Translations under genes and position numbers: made by a program
Shown: positions 17,399-28,633 of the stretch, piece after piece
Layout of the letters: every line of letters begins with the position of its first letter
How positions within the stretch are numbered: the stretch's first letter is position 1
The notes under the pieces: model-generated
Told to the model about the DNA's origin: nothing
The model's database searches: none
Seen by the model: the letters and a program-made list of their open reading frames with translations, nothing else
Assembly (NCBI GenBank): GCA_000092065.1
Contig: CP000581.1
DNA from: Ostreococcus lucimarinus
Lineage: Eukaryota
DNA: 64,000 nt
Direction: 5' to 3' (one strand)

Positions 17399-17741
17399 CT
17401 GATCCCGTTTTAGCGAAAGCACGCTCGCGCGCGCGGGCGACCGACTTCGGCTTCGACTTTGGCCCGCCGCCTCGCGCGGCGAGTCTTCTCTGGAGGCTCT
17501 GTTGGAGTTGTCGTTATCCGTGCGCGGCGAACGCGCGCGCGCGATGCGCGGAGGGGGCTGGAAGCGGTTAGACATTGACTGCCTTTTGACGGAGGTGACG
17601 GCGCGCGCGCCGTGTAGTGGCGCGGTGCGGTGATTTGCACGTGGTGGCGCGCGCGTTTGGATTCTCGTCGTCGCGCCGACGATCGCTCGCACGCTTCGCG
17701 GTGATGTTACAAATGCCTCGTTATCGTGCCGATATTACATA

Positions 17742-19436
17742 TTAGTTTTGCGCGTCGATAAACTTTGCGGGCACGCCCATGTTCTTACGGAGTAAGTCCG
17801 CGAGCTGGATGACGACGTGGCCCTGTATGGAGAGTTCCTTTCCGTGATCGTGCTTGCCCGGTAAATCGTCGATCGAGACGGATGCGGAGAACTCCTTCTT
17901 CAAGATCGCGGCGAGTTCTTCAGGCAAAATGCAAAAGGTCTCCATGCCACTGATTCGCGTGATGTATTTACGACGTCCACGGTCTTCTGCTTTTATGACG
18001 ATTGGCTTGAGACTGCCCTTCTTCACGAACTCTGTCGTCTCGCCGTTGCGCGTCGATTGCACCACAACGTGGGGCTGAAGCTTACCGATGAGACGTTCGA
18101 ACAGGTCATCGAGCGGGTACAGGGAGTCCGTACCGTACTCAACCTCTTTCTTGTTGAATAATTCCTTCCCAAGTAAAGTATCGAGCTTTACTTCGCTCCC
18201 GGGCTTGCCATCGCCGAGCGCGTTGGCGACGACGTATTTCGACAACGCGGCGTGCGCCTCGGTCTTGGTGTAAAGCCGTTCCTTATTCTCGATCGCCCAC
18301 TGTCCAAAGATAGGACGATACATTGTGGAAGCCCTGTACCGCTTCTGCACTTCGATCGTCGCCGAGCCGATCGGCGGCGCGATTGCGTCCGACTCGATCG
18401 AAACCTCCGGCGTAGACGCGACGGCGTACTTGGCTAACAACGCGTGCTCGCGCTCGATGGCAACGATATTCTCAATCTTATGCACCAACTTTGTTTTGAT
18501 CAACTTGTGTTTCTTCTCCATGACGCTGAATAACTTTGCCTGCTTCTTATAAGTCGAGTGCTTCAAGTCGAGCTGCACGCCCTCCGGTCGCGCGGGAAGC
18601 ACAAAGTTCGCGTAAAAGTTCTCACATCGCATGGGCAATTCCGCATCGCTCACCTTGTTCGCCCCGATCGCGAAGCATCGCTCGAGCATCGCGTCCATCT
18701 TTTCAGGAGTGCTCACGTCGTGAATTTCTTCCTCTTCCGCGCCTGGCGCCGTCTCACTCAACGTCATCGCGCCAATCGCCGCCGCCACCGTCTCGGGCGC
18801 CTTATCCTCCTCCAAAATCAAAGCCGGCGTCTCCGGCGCCACTTCTCCCGTCTTGTAAATCCTTCCTCGCGAGAACGCCGCGGAGGGCGCCGATTTGTCC
18901 CCCAACGCCCACACCGCGTCTCCGTACGCGTGCGCGAGCCGCACGCCGACGCCCTTCATCCCGCTCGCAACCGCGCGCGCGGCGTCGCACCCAATCACTC
19001 CGACCGCGAACGGAATGTCGTTCCCGGTCACGTAGACAGCCGCTAACTCGTTCTCCGTCCAAGCAGAGACGTCGCTCGTGACGCCCGGCAGCATCAAGTC
19101 AGCGCCGCCCAACACCTTCGGCGACACCTCGCTGTGCGTCTCGACGCGCGCGAGCGCGTGCGCGTCGCCGAGCGCCCACAGGGCGTACACCGTGGGAAAC
19201 ATCTCGTATCGCCCGCCCGAGGGGTCGAAGAAGAGCGGAACACCGTCCACGACGTACACTAAGGCGCGGTTCGACATGCGAATGCTGTCGACGCTCGCGC
19301 CCTTTTTCAGCAGCGCGTCGACGCAGCGCTCACCCATGGCGCGGGCGAGTTCTATTTTGAGCTTTTTGACGTCGGCGCCACCGACGCGGGTGGCGACGCC
19401 CTTGACGGTGGCTTTGCGGAAGGCATCGAGTTGCAT
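17742..19436 (-). CDS. EIF2D: Translation initiation factor eIF2D (ligatin), with a C-terminal SUI1 domain.
   Basis: The N-terminus aligns with eIF2D: FPTVYALWALGD, VLGGADLMLPGV, GNDIPFAVGVIG. C-terminal SUI1 domain: RRKYITRISGMETFCILPEELAAILKKEFSASVSIDDLPGKHDHGKELSIQGHV. Confidence 0.8.
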   Translation of the reverse strand: MQLDAFRKATVKGVATRVGGADVKKLKIELARAMGERCVDALLKKGASVDSIRMSNRALVYVVDGVPLFFDPSGGRYEMFPTVYALWALGDAHALARVETHSEVSPKVLGGADLMLPGVTSDVSAWTENELAAVYVTGNDIPFAVGVIGCDAARAVASGMKGVGVRLAHAYGDAVWALGDKSAPSAAFSRGRIYKTGEVAPETPALILEEDKAPETVAAAIGAMTLSETAPGAEEEEIHDVSTPEKMDAMLERCFAIGANKVSDAELPMRCENFYANFVLPARPEGVQLDLKHSTYKKQAKLFSVMEKKHKLIKTKLVHKIENIVAIEREHALLAKYAVASTPEVSIESDAIAPPIGSATIEVQKRYRASTMYRPIFGQWAIENKERLYTKTEAHAALSKYVVANALGDGKPGSEVKLDTLLGKELFNKKEVEYGTDSLYPLDDLFERLIGKLQPHVVVQSTRNGETTEFVKKGSLKPIVIKAEDRGRRKYITRISGMETFCILPEELAAILKKEFSASVSIDDLPGKHDHGKELSIQGHVVIQLADLLRKNMGVPAKFIDAQN

Positions 19437-19606
19437 CTATGGCGAGGCGGCGAATGCGGCGCGCGAGTCGCGTCTCGCGCGATTCGAGCGATGCGATGCG
19501 CTGTGTGTTTGTGACAATTCGTGTATTCGTGTATTGAGAATGATGAATCGGGGCGCGGTGTATCGAGAGAGGCACGCGCGCGTTGACTCCGGGTGATGGT
19601 GTTGTT

Positions 19607-22054
19607 TTAGTTGCCCGCGAGGAACAAGCCTTTGCCCGAGTTTATCGACATGAAGAAATCGCAGAAAACCAAGGAAATGATGGCCATGAGCTTCATGAGA
19701 ATATTCACCGCGGGACCGGATGTGTCTTTCAAGGGATCACCCACGGTGTCACCGATGACGGCAGCCTTGTGGCACTCGCTACCCTTGCGTTGACGAACGC
19801 TAATGAGTTGTGGCGAACCGTCGACATTTCGCACGATGGCGCCGGTGTACGGACCTTCGACCGGATCCGAGTGCGCTCGCTCGCGCTTGGGGACGTCGAT
19901 GTACAATCCGCCCTTCTCGACAAACTTTTTCGCGTTATCCCAAGCTCCGCCCGTATTACTGGCGGAGATGGCGAGCTGCACACCTGACGCGAGGCCTCCG
20001 GCGAGAAGACCCGTGACGGCGCGAACGCCGAAAAAGGTTCCCGTGATGATCGGGGCCAGGATGACCAAAGCCGCGGGCGGTACCATCTCGCGAAGGCTCG
20101 CATCGGTGCTAATCTTGATGCAGCGCGCGTGGTCGGGCGGGGCGTGACCGGGCGTGCCTTCGAGAAGACCCGGAATGGTGTCGAATTGACGCTTGACTTC
20201 CTTGACCATTTCCATCGCGGCGATGCCGACGGACTTCATCGTCATAGCGCTGAACCAGTACGGCAACATGCTACCAATCAACAAGAAAGCGAAAACCGAT
20301 GGATTGAGGAGATTGACACCATCCTCCAGCGCGCCCGATCGCGTGACGAACGCGGCAGTAAGCGCGAGAGAGACCAAGGCAGCTGAACCGATGGCGAAGC
20401 CTTTACCGATGGCTGCCGTCGTGTTACCTGCGGCATCCAGCGCATCCGTCTTTTCGCGCACGTCATCAGGCATGCCAGCCATTTCAGCGATACCTCCAGC
20501 GTTGTCACAAATCGGCCCGTACACGTCGATGGTGAGACAAGTCGAAAGCGTTCCAAGCATGCCGAGCGCGCACAACGCGACGCCATACATGTCCATGAGA
20601 GAAAACGACAGCCACACGCCGAATGCGAGCACGCATACAGGAACGATGGTGGATTTGTACCCAAGGGCCAGACCGTAAATGATGTTTGTCGCGGCGCCGG
20701 TTTCCGTCGAGCGAGCGAGCTCGCGAACGGGAAAGTATGAGTGCGAAGTGTAGTATTCAGTGATGAAACCGATGATCAATCCACCCCACAAACCAGAGGC
20801 AATGCACGCAAACGCGGCATTGGCGCCGTTCGAGATGCACTTACTGCTCGTGTCACCAACGCAAGCGGTGTTAAAAGTGTTGCCGCCGAGGTAGAACTGA
20901 TCAGGCATGTACATGTAGCAGATGGGGTACATGCACACCGTCATCGCGATCGTACTGAGCGTGAGCTGCATCTTGAGTACTCGCTCGATGCTGATCTCGT
21001 TACGCACGGGTTGCACATCCGTCGCGACGAATGACACGGCGATACACACGAGGATACCCACGGCGGATATGTACAGCGGGAAGATGACAGCATCCCAACC
21101 AGCTCTCACGAGATCCGTGGACTGCGCACCGATGACGAGAGCCGCGCACGTAGCTTCAGCGAAAGAGCCAAACAAATCGCTACCCATACCCGCAACATCG
21201 CCAACGTTGTCACCCACGTTATCGGCAATCGTCGCCGGGTTACGCGGGTCGTCCTCAGGAATGCCGGCGACGACTTTGCCCGCCAAATCCGCGCCGACAT
21301 CCGCCGCCTTGGTGTAAATACCACCACCGACGCGGCCGAACATGGCGATCGCGCTCCCGCCGAGCCCAAAACCAGCGATGCACTCGAACAGTTTTATCGC
21401 ATCGGATTCGAACGAGTACGCCACGCTGAACGTCAACATCAAAAAGTACATCACCAAGAGCCCGAGACCGCTGAGCGCGAACCCCATGACGCCGCCGCCT
21501 CGGAACGCGGCGTTGAAACTTTCCTTCCACGCCATGCTGTCCGGAGTGATGCTCGCCATGACACAGCATCGTGCGTTCGTGTAGGTCGCCACCATCATCC
21601 CGATATACCCGGAAATCATGCTCGTCGCCCCTCCCGCGACGAACGCGAACGCCGTCAAGAACCCAACCTTCCCTTCGAACCCTGACGCGCCGTTCGACAC
21701 GAGCACCGCGATCACCGCCCCAAATACGGCGATGAACATCACGCACATCCTGTACTCCGCCGCCAAGAACGCCTTGGCGCCTTCCTGAATGTCCCGGTAA
21801 ATCACCCGCACCTTCGTCAGCGCGTCCCCGCCGTACGACTCCCCGGTCTCCATCCTTCGCATCAGCGCCTCATCCCCGCTCTCTTCCGCTTCGGAATAGT
21901 GTTCGCTACGACTCAACGAGCTCGAGCTCTGCGGGCGAGGCACGGTTTGCGCGAGGTGCAGGGAAATCTTGCTCAGCTTGCGCGTGAACAGCCAAAACGC
22001 GAAAAAGATTCCCGCGAGCGCGGGCGCGATGACGAGCACGGATCCGCTCGCCAT
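19607..22054 (-). CDS. H+-translocating inorganic pyrophosphatase (V-PPase), K+-dependent type.
   Basis: DNVGDNVGDVAGMGSDLFGS and GNTTAAIGKGFAIGSAALVSLALTAAF signatures. An Ala in GNTTAA indicates the K+-dependent type (established for the family). The track start at 22078 is GTG. The first ATG is MASGSVL at 22052-22054. Confidence 0.9.
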   Translation of the reverse strand: MASGSVLVIAPALAGIFFAFWLFTRKLSKISLHLAQTVPRPQSSSSLSRSEHYSEAEESGDEALMRRMETGESYGGDALTKVRVIYRDIQEGAKAFLAAEYRMCVMFIAVFGAVIAVLVSNGASGFEGKVGFLTAFAFVAGGATSMISGYIGMMVATYTNARCCVMASITPDSMAWKESFNAAFRGGGVMGFALSGLGLLVMYFLMLTFSVAYSFESDAIKLFECIAGFGLGGSAIAMFGRVGGGIYTKAADVGADLAGKVVAGIPEDDPRNPATIADNVGDNVGDVAGMGSDLFGSFAEATCAALVIGAQSTDLVRAGWDAVIFPLYISAVGILVCIAVSFVATDVQPVRNEISIERVLKMQLTLSTIAMTVCMYPICYMYMPDQFYLGGNTFNTACVGDTSSKCISNGANAAFACIASGLWGGLIIGFITEYYTSHSYFPVRELARSTETGAATNIIYGLALGYKSTIVPVCVLAFGVWLSFSLMDMYGVALCALGMLGTLSTCLTIDVYGPICDNAGGIAEMAGMPDDVREKTDALDAAGNTTAAIGKGFAIGSAALVSLALTAAFVTRSGALEDGVNLLNPSVFAFLLIGSMLPYWFSAMTMKSVGIAAMEMVKEVKRQFDTIPGLLEGTPGHAPPDHARCIKISTDASLREMVPPAALVILAPIITGTFFGVRAVTGLLAGGLASGVQLAISASNTGGAWDNAKKFVEKGGLYIDVPKRERAHSDPVEGPYTGAIVRNVDGSPQLISVRQRKGSECHKAAVIGDTVGDPLKDTSGPAVNILMKLMAIISLVFCDFFMSINSGKGLFLAGN

Positions 22055-22359
22055 GGCGCGCGCGGTCGTCGCGTTCACGATCTTCGCGCGACCCGGGGTG
22101 CGAGCGCGAGAGAGCGCCGCGTCGTGGTCTGCGGCGCGCGAGATCTGGATTAGTGTGAAGGCGCGTGTGGATAGGACAGCCGGCGGAGACGGCGCGGCGA
22201 AGCCGAAACGCGCCGCCGCGCGCGCCGCGCGCGCGTCGACTCGGAACGCGCGGCTCCGGCGATGTCGAAAAGAACTAAAGGTATGTTACAAGATGGATGT
22301 CGCGCGGACGCGACGCGGACGCGACGCGACGTCGATTCCGCGACGCGCGAAGCGGCGGC

Positions 22360-22935
22360 TCACGCGCGCGAGGCGTCGTCTATGACCTTCAACAGCAGCG
22401 CGTAACACCGTTTTTTGCGCTCGATGGCGACGTCCAACTCGCCGAGATGCGCGGTTTCTTCGGCGATCGCCTTTTTGAGGCCCTCCGCGATGGACGCGCT
22501 CTCCGCTCGACTCGGGTACTCGCCGCACGCCCGCACGGCTTCGTCGCGCGCCGTTCGAAACGCCCGTTCCCGCACCGTTTCGTGTAACTTGCCCTTCAAC
22601 TCCGCGTCCTGAGACTTTAACTCTCGCGTCTTTGCCGCCAAGGCCTCCTCTTCGTCGTCGTACGATTCCATCTGTGTTCGATTCGCCGCGACGACGGTCG
22701 AGTACCGTCCCATGCTGAATTCATACGTGTCTAATTCCGTCAAAAACGCCTCCTGAGCGGCGTCCAGGCCCTCGCCACCGGCATCGATCGCATCGTTCAA
22801 CGCAAAAAAGGTCTTGACGAGCTTGCGGAGCGGGTAATCCTTCCCGGGTTGCAGCGTCGCCGTTTGTTCGATAATTTTTTGTTTGATGATGGCTTCCTCC
22901 TCGGCGGTGATGACGAGCTGTTCTTTCGGCGGCAT
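22360..22935 (-). CDS. THOC7: THO complex subunit 7 (THOC7/Mft1-like).
   Basis: Collinear with THOC7: AIIKQKIIEQT / PLRKLVKTFFALND / AQEAFLTELDTYEFSMGRYSTVVAANRTQMESY / ERKKRCYALLLKVIDD. Coiled-coil C-terminal half. ATG at 22933-22935. Confidence 0.6.
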   Translation of the reverse strand: MPPKEQLVITAEEEAIIKQKIIEQTATLQPGKDYPLRKLVKTFFALNDAIDAGGEGLDAAQEAFLTELDTYEFSMGRYSTVVAANRTQMESYDDEEEALAAKTRELKSQDAELKGKLHETVRERAFRTARDEAVRACGEYPSRAESASIAEGLKKAIAEETAHLGELDVAIERKKRCYALLLKVIDDASRA

Positions 22936-23168
22936 CGCGCTTGATGGCGAACGTGAGGGGTCTATGGTGTCTACGATCTATGTGAGTCTACGTGACGCTC
23001 GCCGTTTTAGTCGGTCACGACGAACCGCGCGCGAGAGTGGCGCGCGATTTCAGAGAGGAGCGCGCGAGCGCGGTTCGAGTCGTCATTCGTCGGGTTGATT
23101 TTCTATTAAAACACGCCGCCGAGCTAGATTGATGTTGCTACGCTATTTTGATGCAAACGTTCGCGCGC

Positions 23169-25031
23169 TCACTCCCCCTCGTCCATGTCCACGGACTGGT
23201 CCATGTCGACGGACTCGTCCACGGCGGCGCTCGCAAACGGCGTTTGACCGAATGTGGGCGTGCTGCGAAAGCTCCGCGGGGAGGGCGGCGGGAATAAACC
23301 TCCCTGCGGCGATGGCGCCTCGGGAGTCGCCGCGATAGGATCGCCGATGGGGAATGCGGTTTCAAAATCCACCTTTTCGTGCTTGGGAACCGTGATCGCG
23401 GATTGATCGATGAGCGCCAGTTCGAGGTGGTGCTGAGAAAACGCGTCGTCGGAGCGCAAACTGAGCGCCTTGTGGTAGTGTTCGATGGCCAAGCCCAACG
23501 ATACTGGTTCAGTACATCGGCTTTTGACTTGGTATGTGAACGCCAGCGCGGCGTGTGTGGACGCGTTGCGCGGTGCGACGGAAAGAGCGTATTGAAACTG
23601 CTCGATGGCTTCGTCGTGACGGCCCATCTTGCGCAACGCTTGGGCCAAGTTTACGACGAGAGACTCCCAACGATGCGTCACCGGTTTCGGTGCAAGATCC
23701 AACGCGCGCTCGAAGTTCTCGACCGCACTCACGTATTCGCCCTGGCGATAAAGCAAGACGCCGTACTCGTTGAAGAGGAGCGGGTCGGTGCTGCAAATCT
23801 CAAACGACTTGCGGAAAAATTGACTCGCCAAGCTCAGATTATTCGTGCGCTGGTACTCCATGCCGATGGACATCACGGGAATATGCGTGCCCGCGAATAA
23901 TCGCGTGGCGGTCCTGTACGCCGCCATCGCTTGGTCGCTTTCATCCTGGGCGGCGAACGCGTGCCCGTAACCGATCCACGCCTGCACGAACGAGGCGTCG
24001 ATGCTCGTCGCCTTGCTGAAATACTTTCGCGCGGCGTCGTACTGGCGAGTTGCCATGTAGTAACATCCGATCGCAAACCACGTCACGGCTTTCTTCGGGT
24101 ACTCGTCCACCAAGGAGTGCGCCAATAGATACAAATCGTTCTTCTTCCCGAGCTCGACGAGCGTGGCAAAATACAGAGGCAACCCGTTCAATCGAGACGG
24201 CTCGAGCGCAAACTGACGCTGCAACTCGGCGCAACACGCTGCAAATTCACCGCGCTGATACATGCGCCGCGCACACGCGATGCGAACATCGCCGTTGTGC
24301 TTGAGCAGTTCGAGCGCGGCGGACGTCGACGCCGTGGCGTTCGTCTCCTCGCCCGCACCCCGCGCGAGCTCGGAATCCACCTCCCGCGAGTTTCCCATCA
24401 CCACATACACATCCCTGATCCACACATCGTCCTCGTGTCCGTCCAACGAAGCGACGAAAACACGCTCCTCTTCTTCGCTCAACATGTGCGTCGCGAGCAC
24501 CGCCTCGTACGCCTCGTAACACATCGGATCGAACGACAGCGCCAACGAGTGCGCCTCGAACGCCTTCACCGTGTTCTCCAAGGCCTCATACGCCCGTCCA
24601 CGCAGCGCGCACATCGCCGCCGCGTCGCGCGCGTTCCCATCCGCCAACCGCTCGCACCGCCGCTTCTCCGTCTCGCCGGGCGCCGCCGCGCCGCCCTCGT
24701 CCTCCCCCTCCAGCGTCATCACGCACTCCTCGTACGCCTTCAGCGCGAACAAACACCGCGCTCGCAACAACCGCGCCCTCCCACCGCCGCACTCGCCGAC
24801 GCGCCGCAGCACGCCGAGCGCGCGTCGATGCTGTCCGTCGACGCGCAACAGCTCGGCGAGCGCGAGCGCATCTTTCGCGTCGTCACCGCTCAGCGACAGC
24901 GCTTTATCGGCCAGAAACACCGCGGTGGCGATCGAACCATTCGCGGCGTACGCGTCTCGCGCGTCGCGCGCGCGCCGCAGCGCGTTCTCGCCGAGCGCCG
25001 CGCTCATGTCGCGTCGCCGTCTGTCGCGCAT
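23169..25031 (-). CDS. CDC16: Anaphase-promoting complex subunit 6 (CDC16), TPR-repeat protein.
   Basis: The N-terminal region matches CDC16: ATAVFLADKALSLSGDDAKDALALAELLRVDGQHRRALGVL and CLFALKAYEECVMTL. Multiple TPR repeats follow in the C-terminal half. The track start at 25043 is GTG. ATG at 25029-25031 (alternative ATG at 25007). Confidence 0.65.
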   Translation of the reverse strand: MRDRRRRDMSAALGENALRRARDARDAYAANGSIATAVFLADKALSLSGDDAKDALALAELLRVDGQHRRALGVLRRVGECGGGRARLLRARCLFALKAYEECVMTLEGEDEGGAAAPGETEKRRCERLADGNARDAAAMCALRGRAYEALENTVKAFEAHSLALSFDPMCYEAYEAVLATHMLSEEEERVFVASLDGHEDDVWIRDVYVVMGNSREVDSELARGAGEETNATASTSAALELLKHNGDVRIACARRMYQRGEFAACCAELQRQFALEPSRLNGLPLYFATLVELGKKNDLYLLAHSLVDEYPKKAVTWFAIGCYYMATRQYDAARKYFSKATSIDASFVQAWIGYGHAFAAQDESDQAMAAYRTATRLFAGTHIPVMSIGMEYQRTNNLSLASQFFRKSFEICSTDPLLFNEYGVLLYRQGEYVSAVENFERALDLAPKPVTHRWESLVVNLAQALRKMGRHDEAIEQFQYALSVAPRNASTHAALAFTYQVKSRCTEPVSLGLAIEHYHKALSLRSDDAFSQHHLELALIDQSAITVPKHEKVDFETAFPIGDPIAATPEAPSPQGGLFPPPSPRSFRSTPTFGQTPFASAAVDESVDMDQSVDMDEGE

Positions 25032-25413
25032 TCGAATTTTCACACTGTTTACTCGTACGAGCGCGCGAACGGTCGGTCGGACGCGAGCGCCGCGCGCGGT
25101 GTGATTTTCCTAGGGCTTTTGAGGCGCGACGCGACGGCGCGTGCCGTCTCTCACAGACGCACGGTCGCCAAGGTACGCGCGTCGCGATGGCGCGAACGCG
25201 CGCGCGCATCGCGTTTACGTCGCATCGCGCGATGTCGCGAGCGATGCGCGACGCGTGGACGACGCTGGTGACCGCGACACGCGCGCGAAAAGACGACTGA
25301 CATCGATCGCGCGCGCATCGTTACTCTCGCGCAGGGTCGACTACACAACCCTCTAGTCGTTCGAACCCGTTCGTCGACGTTGATAAACAAATCTCTATCG
25401 CAGATTTACAGCC

Positions 25414-25842
25414 ATGCTTATTCCGAAGGTGAACCGCAACGAGGTCTACAAGGCGCTCTTCTCCGAGGGTGTCATTTGGGCCAAGAAGGATTACAACTTG
25501 CCGAAGCACCCGGAGGTGGGGCAGTCGGGTGAGAACCCGATCGATGTGCCGAACTTGCAAGTGATCAAGCTCATGCAATCGTTCAAGTCTAAGGGTTTCG
25601 TCAATGAGATCTTCTCCTGGAGACATTACTACTGGTACTTGACGGATGAGGGCATCGAATACCTTCGCGAATACTTGAACTTGTCGGCGGACGTCGTGCC
25701 GAACACGTTGAAGAAGGCCGCGCGCGCGCCGACTCGCGAAGCCGAGGCCCCGCGCGGTGGTCGCGGTGGCCGCGGTGGCTTCGGCGGCGATCGCGGTGGC
25801 CGCGGTGGCTTCGGCGGCGACCGTCAAGGCTACCGCCAGTAA
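25414..25842 (+). CDS. RPS10: 40S ribosomal protein S10 (eS10).
   Basis: [35 protein letters not shown]...[19 protein letters not shown] is near-identical to eS10. RGG-repeat C-terminal tail. Confidence 0.9.
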   Translation: MLIPKVNRNEVYKALFSEGVIWAKKDYNLPKHPEVGQSGENPIDVPNLQVIKLMQSFKSKGFVNEIFSWRHYYWYLTDEGIEYLREYLNLSADVVPNTLKKAARAPTREAEAPRGGRGGRGGFGGDRGGRGGFGGDRQGYRQ

Positions 25843-26006
25843 GTCGTCGGTCGTTTCCGAAACAAACAAAAATACATTTACAATCGTGTGTCAAACGTGA
25901 TTAAACGATAGTGACGTAGATATTAGCGCGTGTTTTTATAACCAAGCGAAATCTGTGTCGTATGACGATAGAGGCGCAAATTATTCGCGGCGAAGAGCGC
26001 GTGATA

Positions 26007-27734
26007 TTACATTGGACAGTCCTTCGTGTCGTAGAGTGCGTACACGGCGGACCCGTCGAGCTTATCGTAGTTCTCGTCTAGAATCCAAGTCCCAAACTCC
26101 TCCGCCATGGTTTGTACGCCGCATTGCGTTTGTGACTCGAAGTTGAGCACCATGACTGGGTCGTGAAGCGAGCAGCGAAGGAGAAACCACCCTTGCCTGC
26201 CATCGCCCTCGTCTACGCAAACTCGCAAGCCTTCGTAGTTGTCCGGCGCCGGCTTACACTTGCCGAATAAAGAGTGAGCAGGATCATTTACGGCTGCGAG
26301 AAGGTTTTCGATGACGTTCAAACCGTACGCTTTAAAATCGGGATCGGCAATCTTAAGTCTCACTTCGGCTTCTTCAAGCGGCTCCTCGAGCGTCTCGAGG
26401 ACTTGGCCTATCGACGGCTCGTTCGCCAGACGTCTGCGTACGGCTTCGATGATAATTTTCACAGCCAAGTATGCACCATCGTCCAAGTCGTAGTTTTCCT
26501 TCATCGCACCGTGCCCACTCGTTTCAATCATCAACGGCGTCACGACGCCCGATGCGTTGAGCTCCTTCCCTTTGTTGATGACATTTTTGTATCCACGCAT
26601 GAATCGAACGTGTTTCCCACCCTTGGCGGTGATAAATTTGTGAAGGCCATCGCTCGTGACGCTGTCTGTGACGATCGTCGCGCCTGGGCTCTCTTTGAGC
26701 ACGATTTCAGACAGGAGCGCGATGAGTTTGTTGCGGTTGATTTCTTTGCCGCTCGAATCGATGACGGCGCTTCGATCGACGTCCGTGTCGAACACGATCC
26801 CGAGATCCGCTTTTGCGTTCAACACGCACTGTACACCCGCCGCCATGGCCTCCTTGTCTTCCGGATTGGGACTGTGATTCGGAAAGTTGCCATTCGGATC
26901 GAGAAACTGCGAGCCCGAGGTGTCGGCACCGAGCGCTTCGAGAACCATATCCGCAAAGAAACCGCCGCTCCCGTTCCCGGCATCGACGACAATCTTCATC
27001 CCAGTCAAAGGTTTGTCGTAATTATCCGTGAAGTTCACACCTTTTCGAATGATATCGCACAATTGCGCGGCGTAGGTCGGTAAAAACGGTGCCGAGACGA
27101 CGCCGCTCGGCGCCGTCACGCTCCCGACGCCCGCCTCGACGTACGCCGCCGCGCGCGCGCAGATATCCGTAATATCCGGTTTATCCAGACCACCCTCACT
27201 CGTGAAGAATTTCATCCCGTTTCGATTAAACGGCAAGTGCGACGCCGTAAGCATCACGCTCCCGTCGTACTTGGCGCCCTCAGTCACGCACGCCATGAAG
27301 CACGCCGGCGTCGTCGCCAGTCCCATATCAATCACCCTCGCGCCCCCCTCGACCATGCCGGCGAACATCCCATCCCTGAGCGTTTCCCCGCTCAATCGCG
27401 GATCGCGCCCGACGCCCACGGAGATGTCCTTCGCGTTTGGATTTCTCGCTCTCAACCAATCCGCGAACGCGCGTCCAATCGCGCTCGCCGTCGCCGCGTC
27501 CAGCGTGATCGCCTCCCCCTCGACGCCGTCGAGCGCGACGCCGCGAATGTCCGACCCATTTTGAAGCTTCTTGACCCGCATCGCGTCGTTCGCGCTCGCG
27601 CGCACGCGCATGGCGTTCGCACGTCCAACGCCGTCGCGTCGGGCGATCGTTCGCGCGCGCGACGTCAATCGGCGACCGCTCGCGTCGCGCGCGCGCCCGA
27701 CGATCGCTCGTTGCGCGCCAGCCGCGTGCGCCAT
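26007..27734 (-). CDS. Alpha-D-phosphohexomutase (phosphomannomutase/phosphoglucomutase, AlgC-like) with an N-terminal transit peptide.
   Basis: Catalytic Ser-loop TASHLPFNRNGMKF, metal-binding loop FDTDVDRSAV, sugar-binding GEMSGH-type region. Arg/Ala-rich presequence. The first ATG is MAHAAG at 27732-27734. The track ORF N-terminus up to 28028 is discarded. Confidence 0.8.
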   Translation of the reverse strand: MAHAAGAQRAIVGRARDASGRRLTSRARTIARRDGVGRANAMRVRASANDAMRVKKLQNGSDIRGVALDGVEGEAITLDAATASAIGRAFADWLRARNPNAKDISVGVGRDPRLSGETLRDGMFAGMVEGGARVIDMGLATTPACFMACVTEGAKYDGSVMLTASHLPFNRNGMKFFTSEGGLDKPDITDICARAAAYVEAGVGSVTAPSGVVSAPFLPTYAAQLCDIIRKGVNFTDNYDKPLTGMKIVVDAGNGSGGFFADMVLEALGADTSGSQFLDPNGNFPNHSPNPEDKEAMAAGVQCVLNAKADLGIVFDTDVDRSAVIDSSGKEINRNKLIALLSEIVLKESPGATIVTDSVTSDGLHKFITAKGGKHVRFMRGYKNVINKGKELNASGVVTPLMIETSGHGAMKENYDLDDGAYLAVKIIIEAVRRRLANEPSIGQVLETLEEPLEEAEVRLKIADPDFKAYGLNVIENLLAAVNDPAHSLFGKCKPAPDNYEGLRVCVDEGDGRQGWFLLRCSLHDPVMVLNFESQTQCGVQTMAEEFGTWILDENYDKLDGSAVYALYDTKDCPM

Positions 27735-27872
27735 GCGTGAACGCGCGCGAGAGGCGCGCCGCCGACGCCGCGTTGTGATGCTGACGCGGACTCGCGCGCG
27801 CGTCAAACTCTCGCGCGACAGCGCGCGACGCGCGACGCGTCGCGCGGCGAACGCGCGCGCGCAGACGACGCG

Positions 27873-28502
27873 ATGTCGTCGGCGCGCGCGCGAGGCGCGT
27901 CGAGCGTCGCGCGCGGCGCGCGCGCGACGTGCGCGGCGAAGAAGAGAGTCAAACCACCGGTCAAGCGCGGCGACGGTCGAGCGACAGAACTCGAACCGGC
28001 GTCGCTCATGGACGTCGAAGAGAATCACGCGCTCGAACAGTTTTATTACGACGACTCGACGCTTTCGAGATTGATGACGATCGCGCGGACGTTCGAGCGG
28101 CCGTTGTTCATGTGCAACCCGAGCCTCGCGAGCGCGTGGGAACGCGACGTCGGAACGGCGTGCGTTTTGCTCGACTGCGATTTGCGATTCAAGACGAAAA
28201 TCAAAGGGTTTCGCGCGTTTGATCTCAGGCGACCGTTTCAGGTGCGGTTTCCTTACGACGTGGTGTTCGTGGATCCGCCGTTTGCGAACGTGTCGCCGGC
28301 GGAGGTAAAGCGCGCGGTGGATTTAATAGCGGCGACGGAGGCGCAGAGAGCGGCGCCGTGTTACATCGCGTACAACTCCGACCGAGAAGAGGCATTACTC
28401 GAGTCGTTCGAGGACTCGATGCGCATCGGCCGCGCGTTGGGGTACAAGAGCGTGAAGGAAAACACGCAGGCGAAGATACACTTGTACGGGCCGAAAGTGT
28501 GA
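27873..28502 (+). CDS. EEF1A lysine methyltransferase 1-like (EFM5/N6AMT2 family, putative protein-lysine N-methyltransferase).
   Basis: Collinear with EEF1AKMT1: ALEQFYYDDSTLSRL, LFMCNPSLASAW, LLDCDLRF, YDVVFVDPPF (DPPF motif). ATG at 27873. Alternative start MDVEEN at 28008. Confidence 0.6.
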   Translation: MSSARARGASSVARGARATCAAKKRVKPPVKRGDGRATELEPASLMDVEENHALEQFYYDDSTLSRLMTIARTFERPLFMCNPSLASAWERDVGTACVLLDCDLRFKTKIKGFRAFDLRRPFQVRFPYDVVFVDPPFANVSPAEVKRAVDLIAATEAQRAAPCYIAYNSDREEALLESFEDSMRIGRALGYKSVKENTQAKIHLYGPKV

Positions 28503-28633
28503 ACCAGCGACCCATTCTGTGTTGTATCGTTGTCTTAGGTTCTAGTCGTCTTGTTTAAGTCATAGTCATAGTACTTTCTACTACTGGTGGTCGTAAATGC
28601 GTCATGGTACACAACTCGATCGCGCGGCGTCAA